The notes beneath the pieces are model-generated. The model ran no database searches. It saw only the letters and a list, made by a program, of their open reading frames with translations, and had not been told where the DNA came from. From contig NEED01000023.1 in the NCBI GenBank assembly GCA_002110465.1, positions 621,287 to 653,286 of the forward strand: DNA of 32,000 nt, read 5' to 3'. This document shows positions 1-8,578 of the stretch, in pieces. How positions within the stretch are numbered: position 1 is the first letter of the stretch; each line of letters begins with the position of its first letter. This DNA comes from an unicellular cyanobacterium SU2. Lineage in GTDB: Bacteria > Cyanobacteriota > Cyanobacteriia > Cyanobacteriales > Microcystaceae. The position numbers and the translations under genes were made by a program.

Positions 1-453
1 AATTTTGATTTAGTCGTATCTTCTTACTTATTAAATCATGCAAGCAATCGAGAGCAACTATTTTTTATGTGTCAGGCGATCGCATCTAACCTTAAACCAG
101 ACGGTCGGTTTGTTGGGTTAATCAATAACATTTACCAACCGCCATCAACCTACATAAATTGCTTAAAGTATGGTTTTACTAAAAGTATTCCAAAAGACTT
201 AACAGAAGGCACTCCCATAACAGTTAGTTTCACTTTTTTAGGGGAAGAAAAACAATTTAGTGTGGTAGATTATTATCTCAGTCGAGACACCTATGAATGG
301 GCATTTCGACAAGCTGGACTGACAAATCCTTATTTTTCCAAGCCGATTATATCAGAGCAAGGAATAGAAGAGTTTGGTCAGGAATTCTGGCAAGATCTTC
401 AGAATAATCCCCACATTTTACTTCTGGAAAGTTCCAAGGCTAATTGCCAATAA
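1..453 (+). CDS. Class I SAM-dependent methyltransferase, C-terminal part (5' end lies outside the window)
   Basis: Frame 1 is open from base 1 (NFDLVVSSYLLNHASNREQLFF precedes the listed Met at 67). The FDLVVSSYLL.H and LKPDGRF motifs are typical of the post-I/II region of Rossmann-fold methyltransferases. Confidence 0.65.
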   Translation, partial: NFDLVVSSYLLNHASNREQLFFMCQAIASNLKPDGRFVGLINNIYQPPSTYINCLKYGFTKSIPKDLTEGTPITVSFTFLGEEKQFSVVDYYLSRDTYEWAFRQAGLTNPYFSKPIISEQGIEEFGQEFWQDLQNNPHILLLESSKANCQ

Positions 454-543
454 TTAAGGTTTGTCTAGCGTTACCATAAACTCTTTAACTGTCTTTAAGG
501 CGGGTAGGATATTAATTTAACTGAGGCAGTCCACTACTAGGGG

Positions 544-1473
544 TTAGGTTAAAATCTGATGATCTAGAGAAAAATCAATATCAGCTTTATCCCGTCCCGA
601 CGCTAAATAATCGTTATTAAAGGAGTCTTTTAAGCCCTCAATTAAATCATATTCTGGTGTCCAATCTAATTCATTTAATGCTTTGTGAATATCCGCGAAA
701 AAATGTTGGGTTCTCAGGGGAAAAGCTTTCTTTTTCCCAAAGTCAAACTGCTTTGGATCATAATGAACAATTTTAATTTGATCGGGAGATTTACCAGCCG
801 CGATCGCGCAAGCATAAGCGAGTCCATCAAAGGTGACATAACGCGCTCCCGAAATATTATAAATTTGTCCGATTGCTTGTTTATTTCCTAAGATAGAAGC
901 CATCCCTTTAGCTAAGTCTTGAACGTGACCAAATTGAGTCAAATGTAATCCATTTCCAGGGATAGGAAGGGGGCGATCGCGGACAATTCGATCAAAAAAC
1001 CAGGCTTCTAAATCATTATAATTCTGAGGTCCATAGATATAAGTGGGACGAATTGAAGTCCAAGGAATCCTACTTTGTGCTAAATAAGATTCCGTTTCAA
1101 ATTTTCCTTTATGACGACTGTTTGGATCTACTTCATCTCCTTCAATATGGGGCATTTGATAGGATTTTAAATAAACCCCGGCTGAACTAACATAAACGAA
1201 ATGCTCAACCTTATCTAAGAAAATTTCTACTAGGGGTTGAGTATCACTTAATTCCCGGCCATTATTATCAAAAATTGCATCAAATTTTTCTGAGGATAAC
1301 GTCTCTTTTAATTGCTTAGCATCTTTGCGATCGCCTTTAATTTGTTGTATCCCATCTACTGGTGCTGGTTTGTTTCCTCGGTTAAATAAAACAACTTCGT
1401 GACCTTGTTCTACTAAAATTTTAGTAAGATAAACCCCAATAAAACGGGTTCCTCCCATGATTAAAACGCGCAT
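544..1473 (-). CDS. NAD(P)-dependent epimerase/dehydratase family protein (CSP41-like, atypical SDR)
   Basis: 309-aa ORF with N-terminal MRVLIMGGTRFIGVYL (GxxGxxG Rossmann motif). Overall resemblance to cyanobacterial/chloroplast CSP41-type SDR proteins. Confidence 0.75.
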   Translation of the reverse strand: MRVLIMGGTRFIGVYLTKILVEQGHEVVLFNRGNKPAPVDGIQQIKGDRKDAKQLKETLSSEKFDAIFDNNGRELSDTQPLVEIFLDKVEHFVYVSSAGVYLKSYQMPHIEGDEVDPNSRHKGKFETESYLAQSRIPWTSIRPTYIYGPQNYNDLEAWFFDRIVRDRPLPIPGNGLHLTQFGHVQDLAKGMASILGNKQAIGQIYNISGARYVTFDGLAYACAIAAGKSPDQIKIVHYDPKQFDFGKKKAFPLRTQHFFADIHKALNELDWTPEYDLIEGLKDSFNNDYLASGRDKADIDFSLDHQILT

Positions 1474-1533
1474 TGTTTACCTACTTTGTCAAAACTTTCT
1501 GTTCTCTTATTCTCTCATATTCAAGGTAACTTA

Positions 1534-2226
1534 TCATACCGATTTTCTCCCTTCAGGAGTAGCCAATTGAGGATATCCTGCCTCAATTAAAGCGCGATCG
1601 CGGATACGACAAGAATCACATAAACCACAGGGTTTTTCCTCTCCTTGATAACAAGACCAAGTCTCCTCAATAGGAACTCCTAAACTAACAGCGCGATGCA
1701 CAATATCTACTTTAGAATCTTTGATTAACGGAGCAATTAATTGGGGGGCGTTACCTTCAATTCCTGCTTTTGAAGATAAATTGGCTAGTCTTTGATAAGC
1801 CTCAAGATAGTCTGGACGACAATCAGGATACCCTGAATAATCTACGGCATTAATGCCTAAAAAAATAGCTTTAGCCCCTTTAGCTTCTGCCAGAGAGAGG
1901 GCAAGGGCAATAAAAACCGTATTTCTCCCTGGAACATAGGTAGAGGGAATAATATTCGGCTCAATTCCTTTTTGAGGAAGATTTAAAGACTTATCAGTAA
2001 GGGATGACCCTCCCCATTGGGCAATGTTAACATCAATAATGTAGTGTTCGGCGATGCCTAACCTTTGAGCTATCTTTTGGGCGGCGGCTAATTCTTTTTC
2101 GTGACGTTGTCCATATCTTAGGGAAAGAGCGATTAAATTATAACCTTCTGAAAGGGCGATCGCGGCTGAGGTAGCCGAATCTAACCCTCCTGATAATAGG
2201 ACAATTGCGGAAGGTCGATTGGTCAT
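1534..2226 (-). CDS. queC: 7-cyano-7-deazaguanine (preQ0) synthase QueC
   Basis: 230 aa. SGGLDS PP-loop motif near the N-terminus, RYGQRH motif, and a C-terminal Zn-binding cysteine cluster ([18 protein letters not shown]). Confidence 0.9.
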   Translation of the reverse strand: MTNRPSAIVLLSGGLDSATSAAIALSEGYNLIALSLRYGQRHEKELAAAQKIAQRLGIAEHYIIDVNIAQWGGSSLTDKSLNLPQKGIEPNIIPSTYVPGRNTVFIALALSLAEAKGAKAIFLGINAVDYSGYPDCRPDYLEAYQRLANLSSKAGIEGNAPQLIAPLIKDSKVDIVHRAVSLGVPIEETWSCYQGEEKPCGLCDSCRIRDRALIEAGYPQLATPEGRKSV

Positions 2227-2387
2227 GAGTCAGTGATTGAGCGAAATTCAAGTTTATTGTTAGAAGAAGGGAATGACAAGGGGCAATAGGTAACAGTGAA
2301 AATATTTCCCCATCTATCTTCATCACCTTTTCATACCCCCTAATAATGATATAAGCTATTTTAGAGTTTCCTCTAAAAAATTAATCA

Positions 2388-2675
2388 ATGAAAGACCTTA
2401 AAACTCGCTTTAGTGAAGATCTTGCTGATGTTCAATGGCAAGACCTTATTCCCCACGCTCAAAGAGATGCCATCATTGTGGTAACTAAACATTTAGACTT
2501 ACTAGAAGTTGGGGTAGCCATTGCTCAAGATGATGTTAATTCTGTACAACATTGGATTGGAGAAGCTTTGATTCATAAACCTTTTCCTGAACAATTAACT
2601 ACCTGGAATATTAATCCCTCTCTGTCCTTTAACACATTAATTGTGCAACCTTTTGTCTTAATTCAAGAACTTTAA
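2388..2675 (+). CDS. Conserved small hypothetical protein (DUF2288-like)
   Basis: 95-aa ORF with clean ATG. The sequence looks like the small conserved cyanobacterial/proteobacterial DUF2288 family, assigned from memory only. Confidence 0.55.
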   Translation: MKDLKTRFSEDLADVQWQDLIPHAQRDAIIVVTKHLDLLEVGVAIAQDDVNSVQHWIGEALIHKPFPEQLTTWNINPSLSFNTLIVQPFVLIQEL

Positions 2676-2832
2676 GTTCATTGAGTAAATTTCATTGACT
2701 ATGAGAATGTTTCTCTGGAAACTCCCATTATTTCCTGACGTTGTGATCTACTGATTCTCCTTGATTATGAATCATCCCGCAAAGATGCAAAGCCATATAT
2801 TCAGCAACGCCCTCAAGGGAGTAGATCGCAAC

Positions 2833-3696
2833 TTAACCGATAAATTTCCTGATCAACTGATTGAATTTAGATGCTCCTTCAATGAAGAGAAAATGCTGTC
2901 CTCCTTCTTCTTCTTCAAAAATCGACAGTTCTGACCCTTCAATTTGTTGGTGTATCCAGACTTGCGATTGCCAACAGGTCACACTTACTCTTCCTCCGAC
3001 TATTAACGTTGGAATCTTGATACGAGGAATCACATCTCGCCAATCTTGAACGCAATTATTAAACAGTAAACTTGCCGCCTGTTCCCTAGGCAATTTTAAG
3101 TTACATTTAATTATCCACTCTCTCATTGACAGTGACATTTCGCTAGTCACCATCCCCTTGATTAGTTCGGAGGTCAAGGCGTTCCCATGTGTACTTGTTA
3201 GTTGATGACAAGTCTTCAAAAGAGTTTTAAAATCAAAGGACGCTCCATAATTTTTTACTTCTTGTTCTGACCAAGTTGGGTCTTTTATTAGCACAGAGGG
3301 TTCGTCGACGAATATCAGTTTTGACAGACGACGCTCTCTAAACAAGTCCCAATAACACCAAATCACAGAAGCTCCCATAGAGTGACCCATTAGTACCACA
3401 TCTTTCAACTCAAGAAACTCAAGCCATTCATGCAAATCTTGGCACAACCGTTGAATTTTGTAGCCAAAAGTGACTTTTTGCGATTCTCCGTGTCCTCGCC
3501 AATCTAAGGCCAGACACCGATAATTCTCTTTTAATCCCTCTATTTGATATTTGAACTGTTCTGCAGACTGAGACCATCCTGGCAACATTACTAGCGGCTG
3601 TCCGATTCCTTCTTCAAGATAGTGTAATTTTACCCCATCGTTGGTGGTCATATATTTTGATACTGTCATCCCCATTTTCAACACCTCCAGCGTCAT
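2833..3696 (-). CDS. Alpha/beta-fold hydrolase
   Basis: GHSMGAS nucleophile elbow (GxSxG) and an HG-type oxyanion region (LPGWSQS), with no signal peptide. The start is uncertain because several in-frame Met lie in the first 16 codons. Confidence 0.8.
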   Translation of the reverse strand: MTLEVLKMGMTVSKYMTTNDGVKLHYLEEGIGQPLVMLPGWSQSAEQFKYQIEGLKENYRCLALDWRGHGESQKVTFGYKIQRLCQDLHEWLEFLELKDVVLMGHSMGASVIWCYWDLFRERRLSKLIFVDEPSVLIKDPTWSEQEVKNYGASFDFKTLLKTCHQLTSTHGNALTSELIKGMVTSEMSLSMREWIIKCNLKLPREQAASLLFNNCVQDWRDVIPRIKIPTLIVGGRVSVTCWQSQVWIHQQIEGSELSIFEEEEGGQHFLFIEGASKFNQLIRKFIG

Positions 3697-3723
3697 CCAA
3701 ACTTTATCAGAAAATTTGGGTTT

Positions 3724-3752
3724 AATTTAAAACCCCGTCGTAGAACGACGGC
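3724..3752 (-). terminator. Candidate intrinsic terminator downstream of the carotenoid oxygenase gene
   Basis: On the minus strand CCGTCGT-tct-ACGACGG (7-bp stem, plus-strand 3735-3751) is followed by GGTTTTAAATT. Confidence 0.45.
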
Positions 3753-3850
3753 TTTATGTTGGAATTACTAGACAACAAACTTGGCTAGGTCTTGTAGAGA
3801 ATGAAGGTTTCAGCCAATACTCCAGGCTTGTTGTCATCCCATCAGCAATA

Positions 3851-5320
3851 TCACCCTTGGGTTGTCGAGATCCAATTGCCATGAAACCCACTGGGAACGC
3901 GAACAGGTAAATGAATAGTGGCTAAAGGTTCGGCCTCAAAATTAGCCGGATCAATAATTAAGACATCGCTAGTGTTTTTATTTTCATCATAAACAAAAGT
4001 CACCACATAACCATCTAATTCAGATTTCTTATTTGGGTGAGGGATAAAGGCTACTTCACCACCATAACATCCCGGTTTAAACTGATGAACTTTGTTTGTT
4101 TTATTCACCACATCATATTGAATGATAGATGGTAATAAATTAGGAACTTTTTTTCTCGATGCTAATTGCGTATCATAATAAGATGTATAGCCAAATTGAT
4201 AAGCTTGTCCTAAGTAACGCTGATTAATAATCGGAAATTCGACATAACGATCATCTAATGTTTCATAACTGATTTCTTGGGTTTCTAAATCAATTGTTAA
4301 TCGCTTAAAGGTAGAACTATTAGATAAGACAGATTCCCAATTACTTCCTATATCAATGTTTTCGTAAGGTATAAAGTCTACAATCAGGTTTTTGTCTTGT
4401 TCAAAAGCGTTCATAAAGTGCCAAGTCCAGAAGGCATCTGTTTTCAAATAAATAGGTTTCCTATCAGCATTATGACGATCTACTAAAATAATTGTTGTTC
4501 CTTGTTCAGGTTTCCAGTCAAAGGGTGCTTTATTATTTTTAGCATTGCTTAAATTAAAAACAAAAGGACAATCAAAAAATATCGCATAATTGTTAGTTAT
4601 TGCCATATCATGAAACATGGTTGGTCTCGGAATTTCAATGGGAGATTCTCGAATAATTTTTCCGTTAGCATCAGCCACATAATAATGTAAATAAGGTGCA
4701 TTAAAGAAAGAATAACGATAAAAATGTAATTCTCCTGTAGCATTATCCAATTTAGGATGGGCTGTCATTGACTGTTCTATTTGTCCGTTAAAGTTCCATT
4801 CTCCTAGGGTTTCTAAGTCTTCTGTTATTTGATAAGGTAAACCAATTTCATATAATGCTAAGAGTTTACCCGCATGAGCAATAATATTAGTATTGGCATA
4901 ATTTTTAAACTTTAATTCTGGTAATTCTTGACCTGAAAATATCTCATAGGCTAGTCCGCGAGTTTGAATCCAACGATTTTTATAACTAACTTTTCCCTTA
5001 TTAAAATAAATCCCATGCAACATTCCATCCCCTTCTATAGGATAGTTATAGGTTTTGGGTTTAAACATGGGGTTCGGTCCATTTCGGACATACATTCCCT
5101 CTAATTCGGGAGGAATTGTTCCCGATACTTTTAACTTACTAATATCAATTTCTTCAAAAACCGGTGCATTTAGTCCCTTGAGAAAACTGTTGTCACTTTT
5201 CCAAGTTTTAGCAGAATTATAAACTTTATAAGCCGGTTGAGCTTGCATTGGTAAATTATGCAGAGCAACCGTAGAAATACCTGCCATTAATGATTGTATT
5301 AAAAAGTCTCTTCGGTTCAT
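3851..5320 (-). CDS. Carotenoid/apocarotenoid cleavage oxygenase (RPE65/CCO family) with a twin-arginine signal peptide
   Basis: 489 aa. The N-terminus MNRRDFLIQSLMAGISTVALHNLPMQA fits the Tat consensus (RRxFL, h-region, AxA-like MQA). Four His contexts typical of the 4-His Fe(II) site are present (TAHPK, FHDMAIT, WHFMNAF, FHGNW). Confidence 0.85.
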   Translation of the reverse strand: MNRRDFLIQSLMAGISTVALHNLPMQAQPAYKVYNSAKTWKSDNSFLKGLNAPVFEEIDISKLKVSGTIPPELEGMYVRNGPNPMFKPKTYNYPIEGDGMLHGIYFNKGKVSYKNRWIQTRGLAYEIFSGQELPELKFKNYANTNIIAHAGKLLALYEIGLPYQITEDLETLGEWNFNGQIEQSMTAHPKLDNATGELHFYRYSFFNAPYLHYYVADANGKIIRESPIEIPRPTMFHDMAITNNYAIFFDCPFVFNLSNAKNNKAPFDWKPEQGTTIILVDRHNADRKPIYLKTDAFWTWHFMNAFEQDKNLIVDFIPYENIDIGSNWESVLSNSSTFKRLTIDLETQEISYETLDDRYVEFPIINQRYLGQAYQFGYTSYYDTQLASRKKVPNLLPSIIQYDVVNKTNKVHQFKPGCYGGEVAFIPHPNKKSELDGYVVTFVYDENKNTSDVLIIDPANFEAEPLATIHLPVRVPSGFHGNWISTTQG

Positions 5321-5331
5321 TATAGTTATCC

Positions 5332-5832
5332 TTAAAATTTGCTATTGCTTAACATTTCACTCGCCAGCTTAGTATCAATCGAAATGGCATCAGTGGGAAA
5401 ATGGCGCATAATATCAATAGCTGTCCATCCCTCTTCTTCTTGATGAATAGCGGCTAAAATCAAGGCTCCTCTGATGGCATAAAATCCGTTATAATTAGGG
5501 TGAGTGCTAAATATTTTTCCCATACTTTTTAGTAAATCTTCCATCAAAGGGGTTTTCAGCAAACGAGCAAATCTAACCCCATCAATGGTGTGGCGTTTGC
5601 GTAAAGTCTGACGCAAATCTTTCAGGGTTTGTTCATCAAATTGACTGGCATAAAAGGCAAACTCTTTAGTAATTCGTCCTTCTTCAGCATAAATTTCTAA
5701 GGAATCTACAGAAATGGAAAATCTAAACGATTCGTAAATCAGATAGAGTTTATCGGCACTAAAAGCAGCTTGGGGAACTAGGGAAATTAGAATACCTAAA
5801 ATCCCTCCCCAAATCGGGTTAACATTTTTCAT
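5332..5832 (-). CDS. Stand-alone DUF1400-domain protein with an N-terminal Sec-type signal peptide
   Basis: 166 aa. MKNVNPIWGGILGILISLVPQAAFSA forms a hydrophobic signal. The remainder (LYLIYESFRFSISVDSLEIYAEEGRITKEFAFY...NGFYAIRGALILAA) matches my memory of the cyanobacterial DUF1400 module. The stop lies 11 nt upstream of the oxygenase ATG and overlaps an AAGGA Shine-Dalgarno. Confidence 0.65.
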   Translation of the reverse strand: MKNVNPIWGGILGILISLVPQAAFSADKLYLIYESFRFSISVDSLEIYAEEGRITKEFAFYASQFDEQTLKDLRQTLRKRHTIDGVRFARLLKTPLMEDLLKSMGKIFSTHPNYNGFYAIRGALILAAIHQEEEGWTAIDIMRHFPTDAISIDTKLASEMLSNSKF

Positions 5833-5963
5833 TTCAAACTTAATTTAAGAAATTTCTAAAACATCAATCAAAGATGACCTTTGACTTCTAACGATAGCTC
5901 TAGAAAAAAAATTTTTCGATTAATAAAATATTAAATCTAAAGGTCTTGGAGGCTATTCATAAG

Positions 5964-5994
5964 TTGAAAATTAGTTTAAACTGTATTGTATAAT
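5964..5994 (+). promoter_or_regulatory. Candidate sigma70-type promoter for the cupin gene
   Basis: Perfect TATAAT at 5989-5994, 30 nt upstream of the ATG at 6024. TTGAAA at 5964-5969 gives a long 19-nt spacer. Confidence 0.3.
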
Positions 5995-6023
5995 ACTTTT
6001 TCCCTGTAGTTAATATCTAAATT

Positions 6024-6314
6024 ATGCTATATCAATCAACAACTTCCCTACAAGTTGAACACCAACCCAGTCAACAACGTCTTCAGGAATTAGGAGTCTT
6101 TAGCTGGCCAATTTGGACAAAAGAAGCATCAGAATTTCCTTGGGCTTATGATGAGTCAGAAACCTGTTATTTCCTCGAAGGAGATGTGGTGGTTACTCCT
6201 GATGGAGGCGAACCTGTAACGATGGGAAAAGGAGATTTAGTGACCTTTCCATCGGGAATGTCTTGTACTTGGAATATTCGTGGTGATGTAAAAAAACACT
6301 ACCATTTTGGATGA
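6024..6314 (+). CDS. Small cupin-domain protein (DUF861/cupin_3-like)
   Basis: 96 aa. The WPIW...E.CYFLEG...V..G.....GD.V.FP.G..C.W pattern is typical of single-domain cupins. Confidence 0.7.
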   Translation: MLYQSTTSLQVEHQPSQQRLQELGVFSWPIWTKEASEFPWAYDESETCYFLEGDVVVTPDGGEPVTMGKGDLVTFPSGMSCTWNIRGDVKKHYHFG

Positions 6315-6350
6315 TTTTAAGAGACTGTTCCTAAATAAAACATTAAGTAG

Positions 6351-6376
6351 GGTGGCCATTATCCACCTTATTTTTA
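6351..6376 (+). terminator. Candidate intrinsic terminator after the cupin gene
   Basis: GGTGG (6351-6355) - ccattat - CCACC (6363-6367) is followed by TTATTTTT. The stem is short but GC-rich. Confidence 0.45.
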
Positions 6377-6396
6377 GGATAATTAACGGTGAAATT

Positions 6397-6648
6397 TTAT
6401 TGATTCTGATTTAGACTTTGTTCCTTGAATAAATAGGGAATGAAAATTAAAAAATAAAACCACCAGGTTAGAATCAAAAAGGAAATCGTAGCGGTTAGCC
6501 AAACTTTCTGGAATAATAGCCAACTGCCACTAATTATTATTGTTCCTGTTAAAAGAATTGTCCAGGGTTGACACCACCAAGGTTTATATTTCCAAATATT
6601 AGTTGTTGAAGAATCTGACATAAACTCAATAAGGAGAGATTTAATCAT
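6397..6648 (-). CDS. Small conserved membrane protein (two predicted TM helices)
   Basis: The WKYKPWWCQPWTILLTGTIIISGSWLLF motif plus a second hydrophobic stretch. The listed start at 6651 is TTG; ATG at 6648 or 6621 is more likely. Confidence 0.55.
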   Translation of the reverse strand: MIKSLLIEFMSDSSTTNIWKYKPWWCQPWTILLTGTIIISGSWLLFQKVWLTATISFLILTWWFYFLIFIPYLFKEQSLNQNQ

Positions 6649-6649
6649 C

Positions 6650-6690
6650 AAAGAAAAGGTGCGATCGCCATATTTTTTACCAGCGATCGC
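6650..6690 (-). terminator. Hairpin built from two HIP1 octamers; candidate terminator of the radical SAM gene
   Basis: GCGATCGC at 6661-6668 and 6683-6690 is self-complementary, giving an 8-bp stem with a 14-nt loop. On the minus strand the hairpin is followed by ACCTTTTCTTT. Confidence 0.4.
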
Positions 6691-6727
6691 CTACGCCTTC
6701 ATATTAATTAAAAGCGTCTAAAATCAA

Positions 6728-8167
6728 TTAAGAAGCACCCACCAACGTACGGTTATGACGTTCATTCAAATAGGCCATAAATTCCTTTCCTTCCCGTAGA
6801 CGACGTACCAACATTTGAGGATCAACCAACATTTCCTTAACAATAGGAATAATTGCCCCAGGACGGAAATAAAAGCGACGATACATCTGTTCAACGGCAT
6901 CTTCAATTTCTGCGGCTGAGAGATTAGGGTATTGCAAAGTAGACAGTTGAATGCCCGAAGTTGCCACTAAATTTCCATTAGTAAACCAACCATTATCTAA
7001 CGCTTGTTGATACAATTCTGTGCCAGGATAGGGGGAAGCAATAGATACTTGAATGGTATGGGGACTCACTTCACAAGCAAAGCGAATGGTATCTTCAATA
7101 GTTTCCTTACTTTCATTGGGTAAACCAATAATAAACGCCCCATGAACCTTAATCCCCAGTTTATTACAGTTAGCCATAAACTTACGGGCAACTTCAAGTT
7201 TAATTCCTTTTTTAACGCCATCAAGAACTTTTTGATTACCAGATTCAAAGCCAACTAAAAGTAACCTTAAACCATTATCTCGCAGAGTTTTTAGGGTTTC
7301 ATAATCCAAGTTAGCACGGGCGTTACAACTCCAAGTTAATTTTAATTTTTTGAGATGTTCGCTAATAGCAATAACCCGTTTTTTATCGATGGTAAAAGTA
7401 TCATCATCAAAGAAGTATTCCCGAACAGAATTTCCCCAAAGAGACTTGGCTAAGGCCATTTCTTTACCAACCGCTTCGGGACTTTTCGCACGGTATTGAT
7501 GTCCGCCAATGGTTTGGGGCCACAAACAAAAAGTACATTTGGCTGGACACCCGCGACCGGTATACAACGAAATGTAAGGATTTAGGAGATAACCAATAAA
7601 ATAATTATTAATATTAAGGTTATCAGCATAAACGGGGAAAACGCTGGGCATCGAATCCCAATCATGAATTAATTCCCGTTCTTCCGTATGTTTAATATTG
7701 CCGTGGCGATCGCGGTAACTGAGTCCTTTAATCTGATCGTAGGGTTTCCCTTCGGCTAATTCCTTACAGGTGTAGTCAAATTCGTTGCGACAGACAAAAT
7801 CAAGAATCGGGTTTTCTTCGAGGGTTTTCGTGGGTAACACGGCTGCGTGCGCCCCTAGCAACCCCACTTGAGTCTCAGGGTTTTGGGCTTTAATTGACTC
7901 GGCACATTTAACATCATTAGGCAACGTTGGGGTGCTGGTGTACATAATTACCAATTCATAATCCTTGGCAATTTTAAGAACATCCTCTACCGTTTGATAA
8001 TGAGCAGGAGCGTCTACCAGTTTACTCCCTGGAACTAAAGCGGCTGGTTGTGCCAACCAAGTAGGATACCAAAAAGACGTTATTTCACGTTTCGCTTGAT
8101 ATCTTGCCCCTGCACCGCCATCAAAACCATCAAAAGACGGAGGGCTAAGAAATAGAGTGTTTTTCAT
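6728..8167 (-). CDS. hpnJ: B12-binding-domain radical SAM enzyme, HpnJ-like (hopanoid-associated family)
   Basis: 479 aa with a CxxxCxxC cluster motif (GRGCPAKCTFCLWPQT). The N-terminus LFLSPPSFDGFDGGAGARYQAKREITSFWYPTWLAQPAALVPGS closely resembles my memory of HpnJ (TIGR03471). The radical-SAM call is firm; the HpnJ subfamily call is less so. Confidence 0.65.
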   Translation of the reverse strand: MKNTLFLSPPSFDGFDGGAGARYQAKREITSFWYPTWLAQPAALVPGSKLVDAPAHYQTVEDVLKIAKDYELVIMYTSTPTLPNDVKCAESIKAQNPETQVGLLGAHAAVLPTKTLEENPILDFVCRNEFDYTCKELAEGKPYDQIKGLSYRDRHGNIKHTEERELIHDWDSMPSVFPVYADNLNINNYFIGYLLNPYISLYTGRGCPAKCTFCLWPQTIGGHQYRAKSPEAVGKEMALAKSLWGNSVREYFFDDDTFTIDKKRVIAISEHLKKLKLTWSCNARANLDYETLKTLRDNGLRLLLVGFESGNQKVLDGVKKGIKLEVARKFMANCNKLGIKVHGAFIIGLPNESKETIEDTIRFACEVSPHTIQVSIASPYPGTELYQQALDNGWFTNGNLVATSGIQLSTLQYPNLSAAEIEDAVEQMYRRFYFRPGAIIPIVKEMLVDPQMLVRRLREGKEFMAYLNERHNRTLVGAS

Positions 8168-8578
8168 CGTTTCTCCTCACGCTACCACTGATTGATTATT
8201 TTTTAATCTAACAATTCTAGTAGAGATTAACGATTAAAGATTTCTGAAGCTTTAGATTGAGAACATGAGAATAACTGAATCTAATTCCTAATTAAAACAC
8301 AGATATTGACAGAAATTACTGGCTATACTTAGAAAAATAGCTTTCCTTTCTAAGGAGATTTGCAAAATGCTGAGATTATCAACTATTGATAGAATTATAT
8401 TCTAATGATAAAGGAGTTTGATAGGTTCCCCTTTCCCCTTCGAGCCTTTATGGACTAAAGTAGAACCTAGATTATGAAAAATAGTAAAGTTAGACTTAAC
8501 TGTATAGAGCCTTATTTTCATAAGGACACAAGTTTAACCAGTAAATCAGTTGATAAACCAAAGGAGATAAACTAGCTT

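Noticed and set aside
685-891. 68-aa plus-strand ORF inside the epimerase/dehydratase gene. The same pattern applies to 2861-3049, 7066-7254, 11992-12186, 22731-22964, 27691-27906 and 28401-28697.
   Set aside because: All lie entirely within, and antisense or out of frame to, much longer ORFs with clear family motifs. They have no ribosome-binding context or recognisable domains, and their composition is low-complexity or odd. These are typical shadow ORFs.
2138-2326. 62-aa minus-strand ORF overlapping the 5' end of queC
   Set aside because: It is out of frame with queC and overlaps its conserved PP-loop region. The sequence is not protein-like, so it is most likely spurious.
8168-8190. A CTCCTCAC-like string reminiscent of the conserved Yfr1 sRNA motif
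   Set aside because: It is simply the complement of the GAGGAG Shine-Dalgarno of the minus-strand radical SAM gene. It has no flanking stem-loops or terminator.
8367-8405. 12-codon ORF (MLRLSTIDRIIF) with an AAGGAG Shine-Dalgarno in the ado upstream spacer; possible leader peptide
   Set aside because: It has no regulatory codon run, no obvious alternative terminator/antiterminator structures downstream, and lies about 170 nt from ado. It is mentioned in the ado finding but not supported as a feature.
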